IMG/VR virus record: IMGVR_UViG_3300036668_000183 | Span: 3,511 to 67,510 of that record | Source of the DNA: a virus | Direction: 5' to 3' (one strand) | DNA length: 64,000 nucleotides | In this document: positions 1 to 7,470 of the stretch, in pieces | Numbering within the stretch: the first letter of the stretch is position 1 | Layout of the letters: every line of letters begins with the position of its first letter | Made by a program: the position numbers and the translations under genes | The notes under the pieces: model-generated | What the model saw: only the letters and a program-made list of their open reading frames with translations | What the model was told of the DNA's origin: nothing | The model's database searches: none

Positions 1-59
1 TCAGACTTAAGCAGTTAAACACATGAACGAATGATTCAAGAACAATTTGGAGTAATGAA

Positions 60-236
60 ATGAAACTATCACTAAGCAGGGTAGAAGGTATACTGGAGGA
101 AATAGAATCTCTAAAGAAAGATGAACAAGAGATCCTAGCCTCATTGATGGCCATACGACATCCCGAAACAGCCGATGTACTGCTCGGAGTGTTATGGTCT
201 GAAATGCTACATACAAGGGAACTACAATTAGGCTAG
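60..236 (+). CDS. small hypothetical protein (58 aa)
   Basis: ATG 60 to TAG 236 read by hand (MKLSLSRVEGILEEIESLKK...); GGAG upstream; same strand as neighbours; below ORF-track cutoff. Confidence 0.5.
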   Translation: MKLSLSRVEGILEEIESLKKDEQEILASLMAIRHPETADVLLGVLWSEMLHTRELQLG

Positions 237-249
237 ATGATAAAAATAT

Positions 250-280
250 TTTACTTTTATTGTAAAATTTAGGTTATAAT
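250..280 (+). promoter_or_regulatory. sigma70-like early promoter (TTTACT...TAGGT-TATAAT family)
   Basis: TTTACTTTTATTG...TTTAGGTTATAAT, nearly the same as copies at 18359 and 19415, but spacer is 19 nt here. Confidence 0.55.
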
Positions 281-304
281 TACTATAACTACTGGAGAAA
301 TAAA

Positions 305-547
305 ATGATCGTTGCCAATAAAATTAAAGATATAATTGCATTGAGTCCTTCTAAAATGACTTCAATTTTAGCCTACAGCAGTGTAAATGGTGTTAATATT
401 ATTTCTTGTGAATTTGTTGGAATGAATCTTAAGACTGACTTCGTATACAGCGTGAAGTACAATAAAAACGAGTCTGGCATGGTTACGGTAATGTACAGTA
501 ATTTGGTCAAAGAGTTTATCGCAAAAATTGACAAAAAGGATAATTGA
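305..547 (+). CDS. hypothetical protein
   Basis: ORF with GGAG RBS downstream of the early promoter. Confidence 0.6.
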   Translation: MIVANKIKDIIALSPSKMTSILAYSSVNGVNIISCEFVGMNLKTDFVYSVKYNKNESGMVTVMYSNLVKEFIAKIDKKDN

Positions 548-598
548 AATGAAATATGTTCTGATCGTTTTTAATGCCAAGGGCATGAAACACCGCAA

Positions 599-913
599 TT
601 GGAAGTTGTCAATAAATGGTTTGACGACACTAACCAGAAGTTGTGGCATTGGAGTATATATATAATGAAAAGTGATTCTTTAACAAGCGAAAAATACGAC
701 AAACTAATCACTCTTCCTGCTTCTGACTTTGCAGACACCATCAAGTTAACTGTCAAGCAAACAAAACGTTTGACAAAGATTGGTCTAGACGAGCGCGAGA
801 TCAATGATGCCTTGGAAAGTATACAGGAAGCAGCATATGAAGCTGTAAAGGAATGTATTAAGAAAGCAGTGTTCGCTCGTATAAACTCTAGCGATAGATA
901 TCACGAAAATTGA
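599..913 (+). CDS. hypothetical protein (start uncertain, possibly ATG 666)
   Basis: ORF track; co-oriented with neighbours. Confidence 0.45.
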   Translation: MEVVNKWFDDTNQKLWHWSIYIMKSDSLTSEKYDKLITLPASDFADTIKLTVKQTKRLTKIGLDEREINDALESIQEAAYEAVKECIKKAVFARINSSDRYHEN

Positions 914-1051
914 ATCAGTATTAGATGAAGTTAACGAACGCGCTTACTACTCTGGATACATAGCTTGGAGTAATGAAGAAGATCGACATTGGATACAGTT
1001 AGAGTTTGGGTATGGGTCATTACATGAAGCTAAAAAATTAAGGAACACAAG

Positions 1052-1525
1052 ATGAATAACACCACCGTGCTTAATACACTCGAATGGGAGTATGATGACT
1101 GGTTGCGCGAAAGCTCTTGCTCACAAGAATTACTTGAAGATATTGACGAGCGCATAACCGAGGTAAAAATTGAAATGCGTAGGTCTGTTAAGCAAGAACC
1201 CGTAGCTTACATAAAAGATAGAGAGCTTGGATATATGCTTGCAGTTAGAGAAGTAGGAGCGAAAGAGTGGCGCACTAATCTTGGCCTTTACCTTGAAAAG
1301 GGTGACGTGCCTTTGTACACAGCACCACCAGCATTCCAAGAGATAGAAGAGTTAAACGAACTTTATATGGCGGCAAAAAACGTCATAGACTGGACTGAAG
1401 CCGCACATCGACCACCTGTGTGCGACGCATTTGAAACAGGTCAAATGGTGCTGGTCAGGCTTCACGCTCTGGCTGATTTGCAAGATGCGATTGACGCTAT
1501 TAAAGGAAAAAACCATGACAATTGA
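1052..1525 (+). CDS. hypothetical modular protein (QEPVA...PLYTAPP motif)
   Basis: AAGGA RBS; motif shared with the next ORF. Confidence 0.65.
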   Translation: MNNTTVLNTLEWEYDDWLRESSCSQELLEDIDERITEVKIEMRRSVKQEPVAYIKDRELGYMLAVREVGAKEWRTNLGLYLEKGDVPLYTAPPAFQEIEELNELYMAAKNVIDWTEAAHRPPVCDAFETGQMVLVRLHALADLQDAIDAIKGKNHDN

Positions 1526-1907
1526 AGCGATGAAGCAAGCAATAGAAGCCTTAGAATTATTTGCAAGTCCTGATGTAATTGGTTGGGAGATAGCTAAAAA
1601 CGCATACACGACACTCAAACAAGCCATTGAGCAAGCAGAAAGCCAAGAACCTGTAGCATGGATTGTTCCAGTGCACACACACGGGGGAGATATATCACAG
1701 AAGTTGTCTTGGACTAAATCGGGTGCGGGTATATCGGGGGTACTTTTTGAGCCCAGTGAGAGATTTCCATTATACAAGTCACCACCAAAGCGCGAATGGG
1801 TAAGTCTCAGTAAAAAAGAAGTCCAAGAAATATTTGACATGGATTTAGGTGTTTACGAAAGTATTGAAGAAACAATGCGACAACTTGAGGAGAAGAACAA
1901 TGGTTAA
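1515..1907 (+). CDS. hypothetical modular protein (QEPVA...PLY...REWVSL)
   Basis: Start moved to ATG 1515 after AAAGGA RBS; in frame with track ORF 1431..1907. Confidence 0.65.
   Translation: MTIEAMKQAIEALELFASPDVIGWEIAKNAYTTLKQAIEQAESQEPVAWIVPVHTHGGDISQKLSWTKSGAGISGVLFEPSERFPLYKSPPKREWVSLSKKEVQEIFDMDLGVYESIEETMRQLEEKNNG
1795..1902 (+). repeat. imperfect ~105 bp direct repeat, copy 1 (copy 2 at ~2736-2845)
   Basis: Both copies encode EWVxL..EV..IFDMDLGVYExIEETMRQLEEKN; ATTGAAGAAACAATGCGACAACTTGAGGAGAAGAAC is identical. Confidence 0.85.
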
Positions 1908-2016
1908 GCTTACAGAAGAGCAGGAAATGTTTTGTGATGGTCATTGCAATTGGAACATGCACCACCAAGACTGCCCACGGCACAGAGCCCGTCATGTAGA
2001 AAAGATATGTAAATGA
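1900..2016 (+). CDS. small Cys/His-rich peptide (38 aa)
   Basis: MVKLTEEQEMFCDGHCNWNMHHQDCPRH...; overlaps upstream stop and downstream ATGA. Confidence 0.45.
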   Translation: MVKLTEEQEMFCDGHCNWNMHHQDCPRHRARHVEKICK

Positions 2017-2630
2017 GCAAGTCTGAGTTTGTTATTAAAAAGATTAGCAAACAATCTTGCGCGTCAATCTTACTTAAATATCATTATCTTAAAGACTTTT
2101 CTAAAGGTTTTAAAAGTGGATTTAATTACGGGCTGTTTAAAGAAGAAAGTTTAGTTGGGTGCGTCATATATTCAGGGTTCCCCGTGCCTGAGTTAGCGCA
2201 AGGAATGCTTGGGCTTGCAAGAAATGAACAAAAGGGTTTGTTTGAATTAAGTCGGTTATGTTTACACCCAGACGTTCAAAGTTCAGAGCATAATTTAGCG
2301 TCTTGGTTTGTTTCAAAAACAATTAAATTATTGCGGAAAGAAACTGAAGTTAGAGTCATTTTGTCCTACGCCGATTCCGACTTTCATCAAGGCGTAGTTT
2401 ACAGAGCGTGTAATTTTAGTTATTACGGGTTAACTACGGTTAAAAAAGACTTTTGGATTGCGCAGGATGATGGCGCTTACGTTAAACATAGCCGTGGAAA
2501 AACAAAAGGCGTTTTGGGTGAGTGGCGAAACAGAACGCGAAAGCATAGATTTGTTTTGATATTTGATAAAACATTAAAAATTTTATGGGCGGAAACCAAA
2601 TCGACACCCCCACCTACTATTGAGGGATAG
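2013..2630 (+). CDS. Mom-like GNAT-fold DNA modification enzyme
   Basis: HYL, ELSRLC, SYAD...HQGVVYRACNFSYYG motifs resemble the phage Mu Mom family. Confidence 0.7.
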   Translation: MSKSEFVIKKISKQSCASILLKYHYLKDFSKGFKSGFNYGLFKEESLVGCVIYSGFPVPELAQGMLGLARNEQKGLFELSRLCLHPDVQSSEHNLASWFVSKTIKLLRKETEVRVILSYADSDFHQGVVYRACNFSYYGLTTVKKDFWIAQDDGAYVKHSRGKTKGVLGEWRNRTRKHRFVLIFDKTLKILWAETKSTPPPTIEG

Positions 2631-2633
2631 AAC

Positions 2634-2846
2634 ATGATTAAAGAACAATTAGAAAAAATGAGCGCCTTTGACGGCGATATATTGCTGGCAGACGGCTTTG
2701 ATGACTGCGTCGTCGGTGTGACATTGCGAGATGATGAATGGGTAGGATTGACTGAGCAAGAAGTTAAAGACATTTTTGATATGGACTTAGGCGTTTACGA
2801 AAACATTGAAGAAACAATGCGACAACTTGAGGAGAAGAACCAATGA
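2634..2846 (+). CDS. hypothetical chimeric protein containing repeat copy 2
   Basis: LLADGFDDCVVGV N-terminus joined to the C-terminal module also seen in 1515..1907. Confidence 0.6.
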   Translation: MIKEQLEKMSAFDGDILLADGFDDCVVGVTLRDDEWVGLTEQEVKDIFDMDLGVYENIEETMRQLEEKNQ

Positions 2847-2995
2847 ACCGCTTACACTTTATTGGCATCGTAGTTTTTATTAACGTCTTCGCGTGGGTCG
2901 TGACACTTGTTGCAATTATTAACTAGGAGGGAGTATGAAATCTATGGAAAAAACGAGAGATAAAATAGCATTTAAAGCTATGAAATTTTTACTAA

Positions 2996-3301
2996 GTGAG
3001 AAGGTTTTTGACTTTGATAAATACAAAACTGACCCTAATCGATGCTTACAAAGCAGGTAAAAAGATTCAGGTCAGAACTCTAGACGGTTGGGTAGATGCA
3101 GGGATTCCATTTTTTAATAATGAACGAGAGTATCGAGTTAAGCCTAAGATTGTGACTAAATCCTTGTATGTGTTTAAAATTGAAGATGTGTGGCAAGTTA
3201 CCGACCGATACTACGCTTTAGACGAAGTCCGTCTGTTTTTTAGTGGTATTACCAATGAATATGAGATCGTCTTAATATCTGCCAAGGAGTTTGAAGAATG
3301 A
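2996..3301 (+). CDS. hypothetical protein (5' end looks disrupted)
   Basis: AYKAGKKIQ...EYRVKP; ATGA overlap with next gene; best RBS is at out-of-frame ATG 2935. Confidence 0.5.
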   Translation: MRRFLTLINTKLTLIDAYKAGKKIQVRTLDGWVDAGIPFFNNEREYRVKPKIVTKSLYVFKIEDVWQVTDRYYALDEVRLFFSGITNEYEIVLISAKEFEE

Positions 3302-3858
3302 AAATTTATATCGTCGCACTAACTCGTCAACAAGCCGATGATTATGCTCGTGAAACATTCGCCAATGATTATATATTTTTGTCAGGGGATACGAGTTTAA
3401 AAGGCGTAGCCGACCCAGTAGTATTATTTGTTCGCGACTGGATTAAACGAATCGATCTTGAAAGGGTATTTCTCAGTTTGCTGACATCGACAAATATTGA
3501 TTCTACAAGGCATCGTGCAATTAATCAGCTATGGGGTGAATGGAAAACTTACCATGATTCACAAATTAAATGCATCGTAAAAGACTGTAATAATAAACCT
3601 CATCTAGGCAAATTTGTTGGTGACTTATGTAGTCCTTGTAATTCATTTATTACCAAAGGTGAGGGCACTTGTTCTCAGGCATATCGTAATGCAAAGATCG
3701 TTGGCGAAAGGGAACTTGGTGCGTATCAATTAATTCAAGAAGGATGGAATCTAGGTATGCAATATGGCAAAAACATCGACAAGGAAAATAAAAATAGTGA
3801 ACTTATCGCAGAACTTTCGCGGGAAGATTATCTTAACCTACTCAAGAGGTATTTCTGA
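3298..3858 (+). CDS. hypothetical protein with Cys cluster
   Basis: AAGGAG RBS; CxxxxC...LCxxC. Confidence 0.65.
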   Translation: MKIYIVALTRQQADDYARETFANDYIFLSGDTSLKGVADPVVLFVRDWIKRIDLERVFLSLLTSTNIDSTRHRAINQLWGEWKTYHDSQIKCIVKDCNNKPHLGKFVGDLCSPCNSFITKGEGTCSQAYRNAKIVGERELGAYQLIQEGWNLGMQYGKNIDKENKNSELIAELSREDYLNLLKRYF

Positions 3859-4202
3859 TGGAATCGAATAACAATGACTACTCACCCGACAAGTGGGTTA
3901 TCGTAGAACTTAAATATGAAAATGATACCGTTTATAAGATATTGGCTAGTTGGTATGGTGGATTCGGTGGGTCTGATCAATGGAGACTTTCCTCTGGTGC
4001 GGTTCAGGTTACCGAGTACGATAATCATTATGAAATCTTGAACGAGTCGGGGTCTGTTTACTACTGCTATAAAAATGCCGAAGGATTTAGTGTCTACTCG
4101 AGCGGTATCTATGAAAGATTTGAGAAGAGTGTTCTAGAGGATAATAGTTATAAAATTTCACGAATTACGATAAAAGAGTTGGAAACTGCTTTACTTAAAT
4201 AA
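3858..4202 (+). CDS. conserved phage hypothetical protein
   Basis: PDKWVIV...WYGGFGGSDQWRLSSG...SGSVYYC; GAGG RBS. Confidence 0.7.
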   Translation: MESNNNDYSPDKWVIVELKYENDTVYKILASWYGGFGGSDQWRLSSGAVQVTEYDNHYEILNESGSVYYCYKNAEGFSVYSSGIYERFEKSVLEDNSYKISRITIKELETALLK

Positions 4203-4218
4203 AATTTTAGTCTATAAT
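4190..4218 (+). promoter_or_regulatory. sigma70-like early promoter
   Basis: TTTACT (4190-4195), 17 nt, TATAAT (4213-4218). Confidence 0.65.
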
Positions 4219-4249
4219 TACTGTATTGATAAATTAATTAGGACACAAA

Positions 4250-4420
4250 ATGAATCACGTATATATAGTTGCAGCGCATGACGGTTATATTTATGGGGTG
4301 TTTTCAGATCCTGTGTCGGCTAAAGATTATAGTGATCTTGTTACAGAGGCAACCGAGCTTGTCATTCGAGAAGTCAAAGGCGTAAAAGTTGGCGATTCAG
4401 AAGTATTGAATGTCTTATAA
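4250..4420 (+). CDS. small hypothetical protein (56 aa)
   Basis: ATG 4250 after AGGA, MNHVYIVAAHDGYIYGVFSD..., TAA 4420. Confidence 0.55.
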   Translation: MNHVYIVAAHDGYIYGVFSDPVSAKDYSDLVTEATELVIREVKGVKVGDSEVLNVL

Positions 4421-4428
4421 ATTTAAGT

Positions 4429-4902
4429 ATTGAGAATTTTAAAAAAGATATTTTAGAATATTTTGATACTTCAGAAGAAATGTTTGCTAGAGAAAAAGAA
4501 CTTGTAAATGACGAATTTTTATTAAGAGAAGATGTTTACAATATTCGAAGAGGTGGATTTGGTGGATTTGATTATATAAACAGTTCAGGAATGCCAAAGA
4601 TGTTAGGTAAACATCACAGTCCAGAAACTAAAAAAATATTATCAGAAGTTATGACTTGCAGATTTAAAAATGGTACAGCACCTAAAATGACTGAAGAAAC
4701 TCGTAAGAGTATATCAAAATCTAAGTTAGGTACAGAATATAAATCAAAGCCGCCAAAGTCAGAAGATCATAAAGAGAAAATTAGAATTTCTAATTTAGGT
4801 AAAAAACATAGTTTAATTACTTGTCCGCAGTGTGGGAAACAAGGGGGAGAAAGAGCAATTAAACGTTGGCACAGAGTATGTGCGGGTGTAACTCAGTGGT
4901 AG
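4429..4902 (+). pseudogene. 5'-truncated Seg-like GIY-YIG/NUMOD3 homing endonuclease
   Basis: In-frame IENFKKDILEYFDTSEEMFAREKELV...YNIRRGG (C-terminal half of GIY-YIG domain), three NUMOD3-like repeats (GKHHSPETKK, TEETRKSIS, SEDHKEKIR), CPQCGK knuckle; N-terminal GIY-YIG strands absent. Confidence 0.7.
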
Positions 4903-4956
4903 AGTGTCAGCCTTCCAAGCTGTTCGTCGCAGGTTCAATCCCTGTCACCCGCTCCA
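4882..4956 (+). tRNA. tRNA-Gly(TCC)
   Basis: GCGGGTG/CACCCGC acceptor, anticodon loop CT-TCC-AA, GGTTCAATCC T arm, encoded CCA. Confidence 0.93.
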
Positions 4957-5147
4957 TTAAGTTTGTTGTTTTGGAAAATTCGATGTATACGATATGCGCA
5001 CTCTCACTGTCGTCAATGTCTGCAGACACACGATACGAGTTGGACTATGACGAGATTGGATTGATCATCCTGTAAGTAAGCATAGAACGATAAAAGCCAA
5101 AGAATAGGGTTGAGCCTATTCCATAACAAAACAACAAACTTAATGGA
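4953..5147 (+). ncRNA. putative structured RNA 1 closed by a 21-bp perfect inverted repeat
   Basis: TCCATTAAGTTTGTTGTTTTG (4953-4973) pairs with CAAAACAACAAACTTAATGGA (5127-5147); several internal hairpins. Confidence 0.6.
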
Positions 5148-5152
5148 AACAT

Positions 5153-5326
5153 TATTATAGAGAGTCCTGTAACGAGGTGTCTAATCAACAACCTGACTGC
5201 CGAGGGTGACTTATCCCTTTCTTTTATTATGTCATGATCTGACATAGACCCGTGATAGGTCGTACATTAGATTGGGAGCGTGAAGTTATATGCGCTTAAA
5301 AGGATATGGTAGTACTCTCTATAATA
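5153..5326 (+). ncRNA. putative structured RNA 2 (homolog of 9642-9818)
   Basis: 13-bp perfect closing stem 5153-5165/5314-5326; internal hairpins; motifs and spacing shared with 9642-9818. Confidence 0.7.
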
Positions 5327-5330
5327 TTTT

Positions 5331-5407
5331 GCACCGTTAGATCAGTTGGTTAGATCGCTTGCCTGTCACGCAAGAGGCCAGGGGTTCAAGTCCCCTACGG
5401 TGCGCCA
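5331..5407 (+). tRNA. tRNA-Asp(GTC)
   Basis: Cloverleaf, CTTGC-CT-GTC-AC-GCAAG, CCA. Confidence 0.95.
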
Positions 5408-5413
5408 GTTCTA

Positions 5414-5489
5414 CTATCTATTGCGTAATCAGGTAGCGCACTGCGTTTGGGACGCAGGAGTCTAGGTTCAAATCCTAGTAGATAGACCA
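5414..5489 (+). tRNA. tRNA-Pro(TGG)
   Basis: CTATCTA/TAGATAG acceptor, CTGCG-TT-TGG-GA-CGCAG, CCA. Confidence 0.92.
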
Positions 5490-5496
5490 AGTTTAT

Positions 5497-5597
5497 GTGT
5501 TTGTAGCTCAGAGGAAGAGCGGGAACCGGTTCATGGCGAAGGGCCTAATTGCTGCCGGGTAAACCAAGCCGTTGGTTCGAGTCCAACCAGACACACC
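5497..5597 (+). ncRNA. tRNA-like RNA with expanded, non-canonical anticodon domain
   Basis: Acceptor GTGTTTG/CAGACAC, D arm GCTC/GAGC and T arm GTTGG-TTCGAGT-CCAAC intact; 50 nt between D and T arms; no canonical anticodon loop. Confidence 0.7.
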
Positions 5598-5601
5598 TAG
5601 T

Positions 5602-5707
5602 TAAGTGGTAATCGGTCAATCTGTGTAAAAGGTATTGCGGATCCTAAATCAGGATTGTTAAACATCGGAGCGCAAGTTAAATGAAATGTGTGTCAGCCTG
5701 CCACTTA
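5602..5707 (+). ncRNA. putative structured RNA 3
   Basis: TAAGTGGTA/TGCCACTTA closing stem; nested TTGCG/CGCAA and ATCCT/AGGAT helices; lies between tRNA genes. Confidence 0.45.
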
Positions 5708-5741
5708 TCAGTTGGAGTATCTTTAGTATACCGGTAGTAAA

Positions 5742-5829
5742 GGAAGGCCAAGCCAACTGGAGATGGCATCTGTCTGGAAAACAGCCGAGTGTTAATAGCG
5801 CCTTTAGAGTTCGACTCTCTAGCCTTCCG
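5742..5829 (+). tRNA. tRNA-Ser(GGA)
   Basis: GGAAGGC/GCCTTCC acceptor, CT-GGA-AA loop, long variable arm, G discriminator; CCA not encoded (TCA). Confidence 0.88.
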
Positions 5830-5841
5830 TCAAGTTTTAAT

Positions 5842-5916
5842 GGTGTCATTAGTGTAGTGGTAGCACCCAATCCTGTGACGATTGTAGTACCGGATCGATA
5901 CCGGTATGACACCCCA
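5842..5916 (+). tRNA. tRNA-His(GTG)
   Basis: G-1:C73 pair, CAATC-CT-GTG-AC-GATTG, CCA; atypical T loop ATCGATA. Confidence 0.9.
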
Positions 5917-5923
5917 AGTTTTC

Positions 5924-5997
5924 GCCCTACTAGTTAAGTGGTATAACTCCTGTTTTGTAATCAGGCGTCGGCAGTTCGATTCTGTCGTGGGGCACCA
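5924..5997 (+). tRNA. tRNA-Thr(TGT)
   Basis: Cloverleaf, TT-TGT-AA loop, CCA. Confidence 0.9.
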
Positions 5998-6004
5998 AGT
6001 TTAT

Positions 6005-6080
6005 TCCCCAATAGCTCAGTTGGTAGAGCATCGCACTGTTAATGCGAGTGTCGCTGGTTCAAACCCAGCTCGGGGAGCCA
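6005..6080 (+). tRNA. tRNA-Asn(GTT)
   Basis: TCGCA-CT-GTT-AA-TGCGA, G discriminator, CCA. Confidence 0.93.
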
Positions 6081-6105
6081 CTCACTTTATTATAAAGGAA
6101 CCATA

Positions 6106-6696
6106 ATGCCCTCAGTTTGGATCGTGTCAGATACACATTTTGGACACGCAGGAGTATGCAAGTTTATGCAGAATGATGGCGTGACTAAGCTGCGTCCATG
6201 GACCGACCCTAATGAAATGGACGAGTTCATGGTCAAGGCGTGGAATGACCGTGTCAAGCCAAATGACAAAGTGTATCACTTGGGCGATGTGGTAATTAAC
6301 CGCAAGGCATTATCTACTCTCGCTCGCCTTAATGGCGACAAGGTTCTTATTCGTGGTAACCATGACATCTTTCGTGACAGAGAGTACTCACAATACTTTC
6401 GCGAGCTTCGTGCTTACCATGTTATGAACGGGATGATTTTGAGTCATATTCCTATACATTCAGACAGCCTTGGTCGCTTTGGCGTTAACATTCACGGCCA
6501 TCTTCATAGCAACCGCGTGATGAAGAATGATCCGTTTGGTCATAGGGAACCATTCATCGATGTGCGCTACCATTGTGTATGTGTTGAACAAACGGACTTT
6601 GCTCCAATCCTCTTTGAAGATGTAGTAAAAAGGATTGAAGCTGAGGGTGGACAAGTGGGGTTTAAGAAAGGAAATGCGTCGACGGCAGCAATGTGA
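6106..6696 (+). CDS. calcineurin-like metallophosphoesterase
   Basis: SDTHFGH, HLGD, GNHD, SH, HGHLH motifs. Confidence 0.9.
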   Translation: MPSVWIVSDTHFGHAGVCKFMQNDGVTKLRPWTDPNEMDEFMVKAWNDRVKPNDKVYHLGDVVINRKALSTLARLNGDKVLIRGNHDIFRDREYSQYFRELRAYHVMNGMILSHIPIHSDSLGRFGVNIHGHLHSNRVMKNDPFGHREPFIDVRYHCVCVEQTDFAPILFEDVVKRIEAEGGQVGFKKGNASTAAM

Positions 6697-6753
6697 TGTA
6701 ATGCCTCTAATTCTTATGGGGATAGTTGAACTTTCTTTGATAGGATTTGTATT

Positions 6754-7050
6754 ATGGACGATACTAATAAAGTAGAAAGCATTATGCAGGAACTAAGTAA
6801 TACTTCCAACTCATTTAACGAAGCAATGGACGATATCAGAGATGATCGTGAGGCGTATTGGGATTCACTAACAAAGGATCAACAGCTGAAATGTTTTTGT
6901 GCAGTTGTTGAAAGAATTGTTAAAGGTGAATTAGAAGGGAATTCATATCGAAGCATGCTTTACAAAACATTCGAGTTTGGCAGAGAATCATACTGTCAAG
7001 CTCAAATGGCAGGGTTTTTAGATCTACACAATTCAATGTACGCAAAGTAA
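6754..7050 (+). CDS. conserved phage hypothetical protein
   Basis: ORF with AGGA RBS; GFLDLHN C-terminus. Confidence 0.65.
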   Translation: MDDTNKVESIMQELSNTSNSFNEAMDDIRDDREAYWDSLTKDQQLKCFCAVVERIVKGELEGNSYRSMLYKTFEFGRESYCQAQMAGFLDLHNSMYAK

Positions 7051-7144
7051 CTGATCAAAAGTTTTATTGATTTGGTCATGTGTTTTATATTATGATTGCA
7101 ATGTACCGCTGTGGTACGTGAATTTATCATAGGAGTTTTGACAT

Positions 7145-7465
7145 ATGAGTATGAGACAGAAAATATTTACGGCACTGGTTATTGAACGTAAGCAAAAGAC
7201 AGCAGATCAATTTGCAGCTCAACTTGGTACCACTACAAAAACAGTTGCAGCTCGTATTAGTGAGATTCGTGACTCAGGATACGTTATCAAGACTGCTCGC
7301 AGGGTCGATACAAAAGGCCGAGTGAAGTACTTTTATCGTCACAGCAATCCAAATCGCTTGATGGTTCAAGCAGGAAGGGCAATGATGAAAGCATTTGGTA
7401 TGGTAGGACAACGTTTAATGAGGGGGCCTTTGGGCCCCCTTCTAGATCTTTTGCAACGGAACTGA
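7145..7465 (+). CDS. winged helix-turn-helix DNA-binding protein
   Basis: TADQFAAQLGTTTKTVAARISEIRDSGYVI HTH pattern; AGGAG RBS. Confidence 0.7.
   Translation: MSMRQKIFTALVIERKQKTADQFAAQLGTTTKTVAARISEIRDSGYVIKTARRVDTKGRVKYFYRHSNPNRLMVQAGRAMMKAFGMVGQRLMRGPLGPLLDLLQRN
7421..7452 (+). terminator. GC-rich hairpin, probable intrinsic terminator
   Basis: AGGGGGCC-TTTG-GGCCCCCT with an imperfect T tail; overlaps the 3' end of the wHTH ORF. Confidence 0.55.
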
Positions 7466-7470
7466 ATTAT

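Noticed and set aside
4953-5710. Group I intron or known small ribozyme (hammerhead, twister, HDV-like) as identity of the structured spacers
   Set aside because: No interrupted gene and no catalytic core consensus recognisable by eye; a covariance-model search is still needed
4866-6106. Track ORFs 4866..5075, 5045..5245, 5658..5912, 5686..5937, 5906..6106
   Set aside because: They overlap tRNAs and stem-closed RNA elements and lack RBS or recognisable motifs
7410-7465. C-terminal RLMRGPLGPLLDLLQRN of the wHTH protein as a functional domain
   Set aside because: It is the translation of the terminator-like hairpin, probably read-through after loss of a stop
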